NCBI GenBank assembly: GCA_036172245.1
Contig: JAYWIR010000029.1
Coordinates: 2,294,001 to 2,358,000 of the forward strand
DNA length: 64,000 nucleotides
DNA from: Raillietiella orientalis
Lineage: Eukaryota
Direction of reading: 5' to 3'
The notes beneath the pieces are model-generated. The model was given only the letters and a program-made list of their open reading frames with translations. It was not told where the DNA came from and searched no databases. How positions within the stretch are numbered: the stretch's first letter is position 1; every line of letters begins with the position of its first letter. This document shows positions 50,301 to 63,803 of this stretch, piece by piece. The position numbers were made by a program, and so were the translations under genes.

Positions 50301-51384
50301 TGCTGAATTATGCTATCAACCTAGTCATACAAACTGTCTAAGTATTAACAACTTCTGCAAAATAGATAAATATATAGCTGATATGATTTTCGAAATTCTC
50401 ACGAATTCAACAAGTGCAAGCTTTAAGCACAGCTGTTTCTCAAAAGATTCAACAGCTGCTACCTTTAACAGTGATGCCAAGATCATATCTAACGTTGACA
50501 TAAAAGTCGGTCATAGTTTTTGAGATATCGAAATTATTAATATAGAGTATAATATCTGATTTGTCCATTAATTAGAAAAATAGCATTATCATTCAGTGAA
50601 ACTTCTCAATAGAATGTCAATTTAGAACTAAATTGTACTAGTTTACGATTTTCTTTCAGAAAAATACATGAAAGCAAACTGTTTTAGAATTCATAAGCAA
50701 ACTTCAAGCCAGAAAAAAAACCCGAACGATTTAAAATATAAGTAATAGTAACTTGGTTTTTCATATACATGTGATTTTATAAGCTCTTTATGAGTTTTAT
50801 TGTATTTTATAAGCTTTATTGCAGACGATACTTACAAAGTAATTGCTTCATTGCTCACTGTCTCAACGGGATGAGAGAACTCTGATGCAAACGGTGTGAA
50901 AAAAAGAAAATCATCATGAGGACCAATGAAAAAAACTTAATTTAAGAATGCATGCTTGTGTTTAAGGTAATGTAATGCAAACATTTTTCCACATTTCATA
51001 ATACTGTGCAGAGTCAGTTTAAAAATGGATTAAGTTATTCAATAGGAGCTGTAGAGGATATTTTGACGAAGCTCATTATGACAATGGATGTTTCACACGA
51101 AATGAAGTCTTGAAACCTTAACTTTCTTGTTTGAATTATATGAGATGCAAAAACACTATTGGAATTTTTGTTCGGAATGAATTATGATTCGCAAATGATA
51201 AGAAGCAGGTATATATACTGAAGCATGAAAGATGCCCTTTGTTGTTCTCCTATACCTGCTGTATTTGTTTGTGATGACTTAGAGGAATTCACCGCTTTTA
51301 TGATCATATTCTCCAATAGGCCAAAAGAATTTTATTTAAGTTCCTCATTTTATGGAGATCTTTGCTTTTATTTGCATTTCTTTG

Positions 51385-52715
51385 TGACCAGAAATGGAAA
51401 AAAAGAGACTAATTGTTATACTGCTGAAATTAATGCTGAAATTTTTATTACTGAATTATTTTCGTGTTCTCCATAGGTTTGTTCTTGAATAACTTGCTGA
51501 AAGTGAATTTAAAAGATACGGAGCATTCCAAACAATGAGCGGTTTGAAAACCATGGAAGGATTTACTTTTACTTTCATTTATATTCCTCACGAAAAAGTA
51601 TAAATACATCGTGACTTTCATGGTGCACATTTGATAAAATTAAAATTTTATATTTTTAACTTCGTGTTTGGATGACAGCAAATCTGAAATACATCATTCC
51701 CTTGATATATTTAAAGCATTATAACAATGGATGAGCAACAAATCCCGAAAACACCTTTTTAGTTATAATTGCATTATGAAGCTCCTTCTATGAGGCTGTT
51801 TCTGAATTCAATAAGCAAGCAGATTCTTGATCTTAGATCTCTCTTAAATCTTAGTAACTATATCCACAATTTTGGAGTTCATAAATTTATTGAGATCACA
51901 TCTGGAATGAAATTAAAAAAACTTGAGTCAATTAAATGAGATTCTTTAATAACAATCGTTTATGAATTTTGTTATGGCAATTTTTGAATATATTTAACAT
52001 CAGAAAAAGAAGCACACGAATGCCTGGTTCCAGTTTTGAGGGTAATTAAATTTGGGCATATAAAAAGGATCTAAAAAGCAGTATACGCAATTTTACCATG
52101 ACATGAACAAAATTTGAAACTTATGAAAGAATGATGCACAAAGTAATGCCCCTTTGAAATTTGCATTTCCTTCTATCTTCAAAGTTTCATTTTCTAAATC
52201 GTTATGAAGAACCCGTTGAGTAGAATTTATAGAAACAAAATGCAATTACACCTCAGCTCAGAGCTGCCAATCGTAATGTTGCTGCAGAGAAAGAACTTCA
52301 CAAGCATTCACCACTACTTCTAAAAAGACAATAGGAAGTTTGAAAATTCATTCCGCGCTGGCTGTTATTATTTTTTTCATCTGCAGCAACTTGTTGGATC
52401 TGGGGGCATTTCACTGCAATTCGCATTAAATGACACTTCGCCAAATACTACTAAATCGGCATTTTTACTTTTTTGTTTGGTCTCAATGGATATCAAAGAT
52501 TTTTGAACCTAAGACTAAAAAACTTGATGCATTTTGCAAACTGCCATAGTTTTGAAATTCATTATTTGGAATGCTCTGTATTCTTTTAATTTACTGCCGT
52601 GAAGTCATTCAGGAATAAACTAATGGAGAACAGGACAACAGCTCAGTAAATGAAATTTCAGCATCAATCAGGGTACAGTGTTCAATCCATATTTATTTTT
52701 CATTTCCGATTCACA
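51385..52715. repeat. Diverged inverted repeat pair (~175 bp: ~51385-51560 and ~52540-52715), probably Penelope-like RT fragments
   Basis: Shared atgctgaaattt..ttactga, tgttctccat, gagcattccaaa.aatga. Translates as IVWNAPYLLNSLS/IQEQTYGEHENNS and IIWNALYSFNLL/IQE*TNGEQDNS, like IIWN...LNS.HP.IQFT.E.E.NNS. Confidence 0.7.
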
Positions 52716-54781
52716 GCAGCATTGTCTGTTTAAGAGGAAAACAGTTTGAGTATACTACCTCAGAGCTCAAGTCGTGTTTAGTGGCTTACTTCATCATTCA
52801 TTAGCTCATTTGATTTCTTTTAATATTTTGTGCATTTGCTACATATAAAGAACCTAGATAAGCACCCATCCAATTTATTTCTTCCTCTTATCGTAATTAA
52901 CTTCAACACCATATGCATTTATGATACTGAACATATGGATGCCACATTTTTTGTATTAGTAGCATGTACGAAGTATTCAATGTGGTTGTTTCGGTTACAA
53001 TTTCCTTATTGCTGTTCAATTTGTTGGAAAAATCCAAGTTAACTTGGATTTAATATAAGAATAATGCAAGTAAGGTTTATAGAATGCACTTTTGCTGTTG
53101 TCATATTTATTGATAAAAAATCGAAATGCCAGACACTTCTGGACTGATACAGGTTTCATGACGGGGTGATATGTTTGATTCATATTCAAATTTTTTCGTC
53201 CTATTGCGTTTTTTTAGGATATTTGGATTAGATTTCAGTTGAAATAATATACAATGTATGAATACTTGTGTGTGGGGGGAGTATGCAAAGCCGATTGCTT
53301 ATGTATGTATGCATGAATGAAAAGATAGAAAGCTAATAAATAAGTATATAAAGATATATGTACTCAATTTAATATGCTGATTTCATGTGTCTGTATATCT
53401 CGGAAGAACCGAAATAATACCAAATTCGTCTTCTTGCAGTCCTTGTGAATTTGTGAATTGGCTCAGAGAGAGAGAGGAAAAAAAAATCCAGAAACAGTGA
53501 CTTCAACTTTCAAATTCGTAAATGTGTTAGATTATTGAAATAAACGATGAACATGCAGGCGTAGCTGAAAAATTTTTCCTCTTCTAAGTATCCTCTTTGA
53601 TCTCATTTAAATTCCTTGTTTTGAGAGAAATAAATATTTGTCCTAGTTTTGTTTTGTGCTTTACATGATCGATTACGTATAACATTAGATGTCTGCAACT
53701 GCTGTACATATCTAACAAACCTTTAATAATTAAGACATAATTATTTTATTAAATGGTAAATTATGATACGTAGATAATACTTCAATAAAGGCATGTGCAT
53801 ACAATTTTGTTTTGAAAAACTTCATAAGACGAATTCTGAATTTGTATGAGTCATTTCGGAACACATAATTCCCATTGTTTTAATGGTTATTGAGAAAAAT
53901 TTCATACATAACAGATTGTTTTTATTCATTCATAATTTCAAATCCTGATTTCGAATTTCGATCTACGACATTATATTTGTTAATAATTTAATGTATGTTG
54001 TTTTCTGTTATCAGAGTGTATCATATAAGACTTTGGCGAGAATTTGGAAAGAAGATTATTAATTCTGTTTAAAATATGCAAGAATTTTCCCGTTTGGTTT
54101 GTTGTAGATCGTAGAATTGGTTGTGAAAGTCTCTGATAGATTCTATAAAAAATGAAAGAAACCATTCAGAATAGAAGAAAGAATCACGCAGATTTTTCAC
54201 ATTGTTTGGTATAATTAATTATGAATATCTTGCTGTAGATGTTTTTAAATTTTGTTTTATGTGTGCACTAATGGAAATATGAGTGCTGCTAAGAATTTAG
54301 AGAACTCATCTGGTACAACTGCAGTTAGTTTATACAGTTTGTTCGGATGCGTCCGTGGTGTTGTGATTGTGATGTATTAAGTGTTGGTGTTTCCCTACAA
54401 GACTTGAAGTTTTCATCAAGGCGCTTTTTGCATATAGTGAGATTTAAATCCTAAAGATATGTAAGTCATTCGAATGTGACGTAATTCACAAGGCTTTTAT
54501 AGGCTTTGTAATGTAATTGTATTCACCGCGTAAAGAACTTTCGCAGGTTTTTAATGCATGTGAATTTGAGTAAATCAATAAATTTGCATTCATTAATTCT
54601 TTATTTCTTTACAGTGCCCATTTGCAAATTTTATTAAATTTTTGTTCTGTTTTTTCCTAAGCATAACCTCTTCCCCCCCCTTTTTTTGGTACCGTATGTT
54701 GTAGAAATTATAAGTGGTATTTCATATATTGGCTGTATTTATAATTCAGCGCGTGTTGTATTGCAGATATTTTGTTTTACT

Positions 54782-57700
54782 ATGCAGGAATCACTTGAAG
54801 AAGAGGAAATACCCAAAGGACTTGGGTGTTCATTGATTGTATTTAGAGAGGCTGAAGAAGTGCTTCAGTTAATTGAGTCAATAAAAGAAATTCATTTTCT
54901 TAGCTCTCAATTAGAATGTCTAAAAGAACGTTTTAGTAGTATATTAAAATTATATCAAGATCAACCTCATCTTTTGGATTCCCATCTAGTGCAGCTGCTT
55001 CAACCATTAATAGGTTACCTGAAAATTTCCCAAGCAGAAGAAAGCCTTGTTCAGACAACCTGCTGGTCTCTCTGGGTACTTTCCGGTGTTTGTAATTACA
55101 AGAGAATTGCCTTACATTTTCCTCACCAGGTGAGAAATATGGTATGCCTACAAAAACATCTACATGATTGCAAATTTGTTTTGCAGATAGAGGATCTAGA
55201 AACTGTGATCGGATTGATCGATAGATTTTGCGTAGATGGTAAAGAACATATTTGGGAGATCTGTTTTACTTTGTTGCTATGGTCAAGCATCATTGTGCAG
55301 TTGCCATTTGACTTAGAAAAGTTGGGGACAAGTATGAAGCTTGAGACTTCTTTGGTATCCAAGTAAGACTCACTAAAACCTTGAGAGAACACTTTGGTAG
55401 GCTGCTTACAGTGTGTCATCAGCACCTTGTTAGAGTTCATCAGCCATGGCAGATAAGTGCTTTGCTAGCTGCTCGTCTGCTTACAAGACCTGATGTTCAC
55501 TGTGAACACATAGCTCCATTTCTGCACCATTGTCTACAGAATTTAAGCACCCCCTATTTAAGAGCTATCTATGCAATCTTTAAGATTGGCAGGCAGGGTG
55601 ATTTGGTTCATCTGGTATTTGATGTACTTCCTAAAATACTCCCTTTATTGACCAGTAAGCAAGATATTCTAGTGAGACATATAGCAGTAAAGATCATCCA
55701 ACGAGTAGGTAAGTAGACTTGGATCAGGTGTCTAATGTATTTAGGAATGGCAAGCATGCCAAATACCAGTGAAACTAAAGATAAGTGTTTCATTCCTGAT
55801 AACATGGAAGACATATTTGAGGCTTTAGTGGATGCTTTAAAAGATCCATCGGTTGTGGTGAGGTAAGCTGAGTAGAAAATCTTGCAGTTGTGATTGAAGT
55901 CCTTTAGGTACTCAGCCGCCAAAGGTCTACGAAGACTAACAGAAAAGCTTCCTAATGATATACATGGAGATGTTGTGGAACAGATTCTGGGGATGTTTGA
56001 GCTACTGCAGTCAGATTTTGCTTTGGAAGGAGGGTGTTTAGCATTAGCTGAATTAGGTAACACTTTTTCAGAAAACAGACTTCGGATTCTTATGTAGCTC
56101 GTCAGAGATTGCTGCCATCAGAACATCTGACTGCAGTGTGCACAGGATTGAGTCAGGCCTTGAAATATGATGGTTCTTGTGACAGTCACTCTAGAGGAGC
56201 ATCTGTGAGAGATGCAAGCTGTTATGCACTATGGGCTTTGGCAAGAGCTTATCCCTCTAATATTTTGTTGCCCCATATAAAAGAACTAATTGGTGAACTA
56301 GTGGCTATGGCTGTATTCGATAAGGAAGTACGATGTCGACGAGCTGCAGCTGCTACTTTACAGGAATGTGCAGGGCGTTTGCATAATATTCCTCACGCTA
56401 TTGATCTAGTCACCAAGATCAGTTACCAGTCAGTAGGTATTCTGAAGCACTCATATCTTTCAGTTAGGTGAGTTTAAAAAACAAAAGTATTAGCAGCTTT
56501 TTGATAGCCTTTCTGTGGCGGTCTTTTCAGAGTATCAAAAAGCTTTACTAAATCATTTACTAGAATTGAAGATAAGCCACTGGGATGCTAATGTGCGGCT
56601 TTTAGCAGCTCAGGTAACAAACTAAATGAATGCTGATGTGGATTGTCTGGTTCCTTGATTTCAGGTCATAGGATCCCTGACTCCTAATTTTTTGCCTTGT
56701 CCTGTTATGAAGGTGATAACATGCTTGCTTGAACTAGCTCAAAAAAGTAATAACTTGTTTGCTAACCATGGAGCCCTTCTGGCATTAGCACACATTTTAC
56801 AAACAGCAGACCCTTCCCTTGGTAAGACAGATTATAACATGCACAGGTTCTAATTAATTTACCCAGATGATAATTTGCTGACTAGAATCTATGGGCTGTT
56901 ACTTACCTTCCAGAAAAACAATAAGTTTGAAGGTGTAGGAGGAACATTAATGCGTTATGCAGCTTGTATGTTGATAGAAAAGGCTCCCTATGGACCTGCC
57001 CTCACACCCCATGTTGGTAAGGTTAATTCTGCTGTACTATGTTTTATTAATTTTTGCAGCATCGTGGTTGTCTTTCTTGTCAGATAACTTGTTACATTCT
57101 GATACCAGTGTGCAGCAACAAGCTACTGATGCACTGGTGTCATTCATTAAGAAGTGCTATGATTCTCATTCCACAGAACTACAAGCTGTACCACACATTT
57201 TAGCGAATAAGTTGACTCATCCAGCAGTTGCTCGAACTTTCGGTTTTCTTCCCAAATGTCTGCTAATGTCAGATGACACATTTCAATTCATCATGCAGTT
57301 GCTCTTGAGGACATCTGCTTCTTTAGTCGATCCAATGCATGTTTTGTTACGAAAGGAACTTCTCCACAGCATGGTGTTGCTAGTGTGTGAAATAGGTGTT
57401 TCTGGTTTCCAGCAGGAACTAGTTACTTGTAGAACTGTGCAGCAAATTTATGAAGCTTTGGTGGCTGGCCTGAAAGATTATACCAATGATCAGAGAGGAA
57501 ATGTGGGTGTGTGGGTTCGCCAGGCTGCATTGCAATCCAGTTGCCAGCTTACTCTGTTTTTGGTTGATCAGCGCCCAGACTTCTTGTCTCCTTCTACTAT
57601 CCATGAGATCATGTGCTGTGCTTTGCAGATGGTGGCAGAGCCCACACAGCAAGTTCGAATAACTGCAGGAAATGTATTAAATCAACTACTTCACCAGTAA

Positions 57701-58458
57701 GTTGGGTGGGCAACAAATTGCCTATCCATTTTAGTGTGCCATCAGTTCCACATATCCCAGAAGCTGCTGAATTAGTTTCTATCATAAGTCAAGAACGTTG
57801 TACTAATACTGACTGGAAAAATGAAACAGAAACCTTTGGCTTAATAGTGCAAGTGGTTGCCTTAGATGCATATCGGTTGCCAGTACTGACAGGACTACTA
57901 CACTCTGTGGGATTCTTGCAACACAGAATCAGTTTGTCAGCAAGGGATGTCCTTGTAGCACACTGGGAAATCTCTACCACCAGAGAGGTGCAATCTTGCC
58001 TTGACTGCATATTAACTTTATGGAAATCCTGGTTACAAAACACCTTTGTAACACTACCGTTAATGCATGCTCTTGGACTACTCTTGGGCTGTGAACCTCT
58101 TCAGCTTGCTATACAAGCATCACATGCTACCCAACTGCAGCAATTGGTACAACAGGAACTGACAGGATGTCGGAATGTGCAAAAGCTGTTGGCTGGGATA
58201 GACATACTTTCTGAATTATTAGCCAATCATCACACAAATTGCCTACAGCCTCTCATTATTCTATTGGGACATTCATATGCCTGTGTGCGTCAAACAGCAG
58301 CCACACGCCTGTACGAGGCTTTGCTTGTTTTAGATCCACCAACAGAAGCACTGAGGATTATTACTGAAACTCCTTGGAAAACTGATCTTCAGCAATCTCG
58401 TGCAGCAAGAATCCAGTTGTGTGCTACATTTGACAACCCCACCCTTGCCCTAGCATAA
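54782..58458 (+). CDS. TBCD: Tubulin-specific chaperone D (1080 aa, 11 exons)
   Basis: Exons 54782-55129, 55187-55362, 55401-55708, 55745-55862, 55908-56056, 56098-56467, 56508-56613, 56665-56821, 56867-57016, 57060-57696, 57735-58458 give 3243 nt in frame. Motifs: YQDQPHLLDSHL, FPHQIEDLE, LLLWSSII..LPFDL, VRYSAAKG, GGCLALAELA, VRDASCYALWALARAY, VFDKEVRCRRAAAATLQECAGR, DYTNDQRGNVGVWVR. Confidence 0.95.
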
Positions 58459-58523
58459 CAATCAGGTTGTCAGCCTGTATTCTGATACCATCAAAATAAA
58501 GCTGCGTAGAGATGATATACAGA

Positions 58524-60019
58524 TCACTGGGTTTGCACACAAGTTCGTTTGGCAGGAGTACGTCTTCTTTCTCCAGTCTGACGTGTTTTCCTTGGACACT
58601 GTGGTTCTTCCTCAAACAACTTCTTGCATGTGTGGACTATTTCACTGGTGCCAGGTAAAAGCTGTTCAACTCTGACTCCTTGGTGTGCCAGGAGTTGCAG
58701 ATCTTCTGATTGTGCCCCCAATCCAGAGCCACAACTACTGCAAAGAGTCGGTCCTGCAGGAGATTTCGATCGCCAGTATTGCAACTCAGTCTTGCATTTG
58801 TTAAGTTCCTATACAGAAGGATTAACTCCTATCATTGCAACTTGGCCCTCAGAATTTTTTGAAATCAGAGTTCATACGAACAAGACCTAAACTATTCATC
58901 ATTGGGCCATGTGTCAGAACCCACCTGCAACAAAGTAGAGAACTTTTTGGAGCTTTCGTCAAATTTGCGGTCATATTCATCAAGTCGAGTGGCGTATTCC
59001 CGGATCTGTCGATGTTGATCTGCCACAGTTCCCTTACATGCTTTTAATTCACGACGCAATACTGCCAACTGTGTATTATATCGTTTCATTCCCTGACGAA
59101 TTCGCTGGATCCGTTTCCTTAATACCATGTTAGATGGTGGAAGTGGATTATCGAAAAATTCTGGGGTTGATGGGAAAGAGTGTTCTGTCATATGATCTGA
59201 ACTATCCAATGGGAGTAAGGATGAGGTGCTACTTCCTGGAAAAATAATAAGGGTTATAAAAATTTGAATCACCAACTCACTGTCAAAGGAGCTGGAGAAA
59301 TCTAGGAAATCCGGTGTGAAGAAAGCATTGATTTCTGGCAACTGAGGCTCAATATGTTCCCGGAAGTATTCCATAGCCATGCTGGATAGATCAAAGAGCT
59401 CATCTGTTACTTTAAAAGCTACACCAAGCGTGGGAGTGCATTGAATGTAATGCAAAATGCGGTACACTTCATCCAGAATTTCTCCAGGAAAGAAGCAAAT
59501 GTGCTGCCTTTCCATGTGTTTTCCAAACGTCATGTGTAGCAAAGATAGTCTCATGTGCAAAGTTTCTATAATATCAGATTCTCGAGCTAATGGATGTTTA
59601 CGTCGTGCTGAGTCTCTGCGTGGCATTTGGGCTTTGATTTCCTTGAATCTTCCAAGAATCTGTCCTTGTAGCTTCCGAAAACAACTTGTTAATATATGAC
59701 TGGCCATGTGATTAAATAACTGGCACACTGGTCTTATTTGTGCTAAAGTTTTATAGCTTAACCAATATAAAATACGTTCTAACATTTCTTGTGGAAGATC
59801 TAGAAGACGGAGGGGCTGGATCCTGGGTTGAGGTGAAGTTGGGGGTGATGCTGTTGCAGGAACTGATGCTGTTGCAGGGGGTGATGCTGTTGCAGGAATT
59901 GATGCTGTTGTTGGTTGCCGGGTTATTCTTTCTTTTACAGCTAATACGTGTTCACTAGTAGAGGGCTCACTGCCACTAACAAAATCCTGTGCTGAACAGG
60001 CTTGACGTGTGAGAACCAT
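58524..60019 (-). CDS. FBXO28: F-box only protein 28 (444 aa, 3 coding exons)
   Basis: Exons 60019-59281, 59235-58925, 58808-58524 give 1335 nt in frame. F-box LLDLPQEMLERILYWLSY, then KAQMPRRDSARRKHPLARESDIIETLHMRLSLLHMTFGKH...CFFPGEILDEVYRIL...ELFDLSSMAMEYF, a coiled coil, and ELNKCKTELQYWRSKSP. Confidence 0.93.
59842..59910 (-). repeat. 18-bp coding tandem repeat (TASxPA x ~4) in the FBXO28 N-terminus
   Basis: Plus strand repeats tgatgctgttgcagg with alternating 3-bp spacers; the protein reads TASIPATASPPATASVPATASPP. Confidence 0.85.
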
Positions 60020-62879
60020 ATTCAGTATATTGCAGAAATAGTAAGACAGCACACAATCTGCATATCCACGTTCATACCTACATCCATTACTTTGGCAAGT
60101 TGATATAGGATTTTAAAAAGAGATAATCACAGGTGTCATTGGCATCTTCAATAAAGCGTAATTTGTAAATCATTCCTGATTCCTATATCACCAGAAGTAA
60201 GTAGTTTTAACATGTCTGTATTATTGTGAGCGGGTTCACACAATTTACCTCATGACGAATTCCTTAAAGGGGCACACTTCATTAAGGATAAAATTTCTGT
60301 GTTTCCGGACAAATTTGCATTATGTGGGCTTTCATGCATCAAAAAAACAGTATGGTAAAACAGAAAATCAAGTACTTAAGTTTCTGTGGTCGACACAAAT
60401 TTAAAAAAAAAATTTTAAACACTAAAAATGAGCCGAGTTTACGGCGCCACTCCACTCTCACAAACTCATCGGTATGAAATTATGTTTTACATAAAACATG
60501 ACTCAACTGTTCTTCATTTCTTGTTTCTTCACTACTTTTGCTTAAGCATGTATGGAACTTCATGCACAGTGATAATACTTTGCTGCTAGTGCTCGTTATT
60601 CTTCTGGACAAAGAAAGCAATTTCCTTTCTTTGGTCACAAGAATAGTTAAAAAGGCTGGAGTGAGCCTTTTTAACTATTCGTGAAATGCCGGAGTTTCAT
60701 AACTGATGCTTGTGGAGACATGGGCAGCCAGCCGTCTCTAACCTCATGCAGAGTGCATTACTTCTCGGCGATCACGGCAAGACTGAATAAAAGACAACTC
60801 TGCAACACGCAAGTCATCCCAACGATTTCGACTGAACGTCCTGCAGACATGTGGTACTGGTTTGTGTGTCTCCTTCACAACAACAGCTTCCACTCTTGAA
60901 GCATTCACTTATTTTATCTTAAAATTTACCAAGTGGGACTTTATAATTTAGCAACTGGAATAACAGCCATGACACACTTAGGCTGAAGTCGCTGAATCTA
61001 ATATTTTGCGTTTGATAAGCTAAGAAAAGGAATTTTTGATGGTCAACAGGACCATAGCAATGTCGAAAGGGAAAATTCGGAGGAAACCTTAATAGCTGGA
61101 ACAAACCACATACGGAAGAACAGGTAGCATCTGCGGGGGATCGTTTCCGAGTTGCATTCTTTCAGAGGCAAAGGCTTGAATGATTAGCACGCCGTTTAGC
61201 ATCATCTCTCACGCAACCAATTTTGGCACGCTCGATGCATGAACATCTCATCTCACACACCTCAAAGAGTTGGATGGGTTAAAAGAGCTAGGTGTCTTTG
61301 GCAGCCCGAACGTGTTTGCATCTGTAGATACGGATCATAAATCTAGCGTCGAAAAATTTGTTCCGATCCCGTTGGTAAATCCTCTTACAATTCTGTCTAT
61401 TTTTGTTCTTTCCACCTTAACGACCTTGTGATCGTCCTCGAGATGCCATAATACCTGGTCGCATGCGCAATATAATTCACCCTGCTAATGTACATGTAGC
61501 TCACGAGAAAAAATATGTACATCATATGCTACATCTGTTGGTGAAGCACCGTTTTTTAAAACCCACCAGTTCGCCGTTTCACGTGATCAAATGTGAGAAG
61601 TCAAGGCCCGAATTGATATCTTTGACGATCGAAGATACAACAACCCGCAAAGTCGACACACGCGTGGCGTAATAAATATTCCCCTGCTATGTAAGGTGTG
61701 CTGAAAAGGAACACCAGGCACGCGTGCATGCCACCCGGGCACGCTTAACAGTATCGTCTGCACCGTCCCAGACCCAAGGGGGAGGTGGGAGGGGGAGGGA
61801 ACATCACGTGCAAGCCCCCTCAATTAATGGCTGCGGAACACGAAAGAAACGACGTCGAGAGCTATAGTAAACCATCCACTTTTCGTTTTCAAAAGCAATG
61901 CTTTTTTTTTTTTTTCTTTCAAGAGCTTTGGTGACGACGTTGCTTTCGGAGGAACGCTCTAGCACTTCGTGGCGTTTCCAAGTGATTCCAGTACAACAGA
62001 ACGTTGCAAAATAAAACAGGAGCAGGTGGAGGAAAAAAGATGGGAAGCGATTTTTTTTTATTTCCTGCTGTGTGGGGGGGTACACGAGTGAAAGAACTAC
62101 GATCCGTTCGCACCTACCGAATCTTCGGGCGACCGGCGAAGCACAAGTTCAAGCACACCAACTCGGGCAGAAGCAGACCGGCGGCCCGTCCGTGTCACGG
62201 CTACTCATCGCCAGGCACGAACGAAGGACGGGGGGAAAAAAAAAAAAAAAACTCCGAGCAAACGGAGCCGAAAGTGTCACTGCCGTGCTTCTGACTTTTC
62301 TTGGCTCACTTTCACGAGGTCAGGCGGCGTTGCCGAAGAGAGGTACGGTTGCGCTGCCCGCAACCGAGGTTTCTACCCGAAGCAACCTTTGGCCTATTCG
62401 GGACGCGTGTGCGCTGATCCTAATTATCGCTCCTGCAGTGGGATCGCCGTGCAACACTTTTGCACAGAAAATTTCGCAGTTTGCGTTATTCTCTCTATCG
62501 AATTTTCCAGCCAAAAGAAAAGAGAGAAAAAGCAGGGGACAGAAGCGGTCAAAGCGTTTGCTGAAACACACAGGAATACGTGGGGGGCGGGGGGGGGGGG
62601 GGGAATAACTGGGAAGAAACCAGTTTTCCGCAAAAAAATTTATTTACTTTTTTCTTTTCTATAAAGGTGTATTATAAACTAAAAGGACGCGCTTGCCTCC
62701 CTGTCAGATTCGTGCAAGAACCTCTACGACAGTTTCAAAAATAATGTAAATTTCTGATCTTACCTCGGAATTTCTGATCTTTTGGCGGAGGACCGAATAA
62801 GAAATCGCTAAAAAATGCACTCGTAAATAAAAAGGATAAATAGATGAATAATAATGATAATAATAATGAAAAAGAGAAG

Positions 62880-63300
62880 GGAATCTCGGTTGGAGAATGG
62901 ATTCGTACCCAAGCGGAATAAAGATTTCGCCACTGTGCTTTTGTTGAAAAGTTTGGAACCGAAACTCTGTCAACAGCAGCACAAGACTTGGCGCACCAAA
63001 GACACCCGTGGTGAGTCGACCGCAAGCACGCGGGAGGGAATACCTGGATCTGCGGCGGGCTTTTCCGCTGCAACGCCTTTCCCCCATCTCAGCAGAAGAA
63101 GCCTCTCGGCGAGCGAGGCCCGTGGAACAAACGGTACGTACAACGGCGACGGTTCCCGTACACACATTTTCACCGCGGCACGAAAAAAGTTGGCGAGATT
63201 CCGCCCTTCGGCGCGAGGAGCGGCAAGTCACCACCGGCGGGGCCAGCAGTACTCATTCGAACCACTGGAACGATTCCTCCATGCACACCCCGACCAGAAA
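62880..63300 (+). mobile_element. Possible decayed Penelope-like RT relic
   Basis: One open frame has VPKRNKDFATVLLLK (DKG.ATV-like), then KKLARFRP (HK...RP-like) and LERFL. Confidence 0.3.
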
Positions 63301-63772
63301 GAGATGCACGTGGAGCCGAAGGGTTACCTAAAGCCCCAGATTCGGTATCACGGCGACGCCAGTGCGTTTCGTGGTGCCGCCCCGATACCCACGGGATAAA
63401 ACGGGGGGGAGGGGGGGGGATGAACCCCGCTAACCACATGCATGCACTACGTTCTGGTGGTACAGTAAAGAAGCCAAGGCCTACCTGTTGCACAAACCTA
63501 TTTTACGTTGGCAACGACCAGCCGCCGTGCACACCTCCAAAATTTTGGATGCCTCCAGCCGTGCATGAAGTTACCACGTTGTGCGCAGGAGCAAAAATCT
63601 CTCCTGTTGGAAAGAACCAAACTTCGGAAGGGGGCTCTCTCCATTCGACACAACTCGACAAAAAAAGAGAAAAACATGCACATACACGTACACGCACGCA
63701 CCGAGCAGCGATCTCTTCCGAATTCAGCGAGACGATTACTCGGATACGCAAAAAAAAAAAAAAAAAGAAAGG

Positions 63773-63803
<31 letters not shown>

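Noticed and set aside
58845..58890. Alternative acceptor at 58887 in FBXO28 intron 2
   Set aside because: Gives an immediate stop; the conserved LLQ-ELNKCK junction needs the 58809 acceptor, and there is no evidence for a poison exon.
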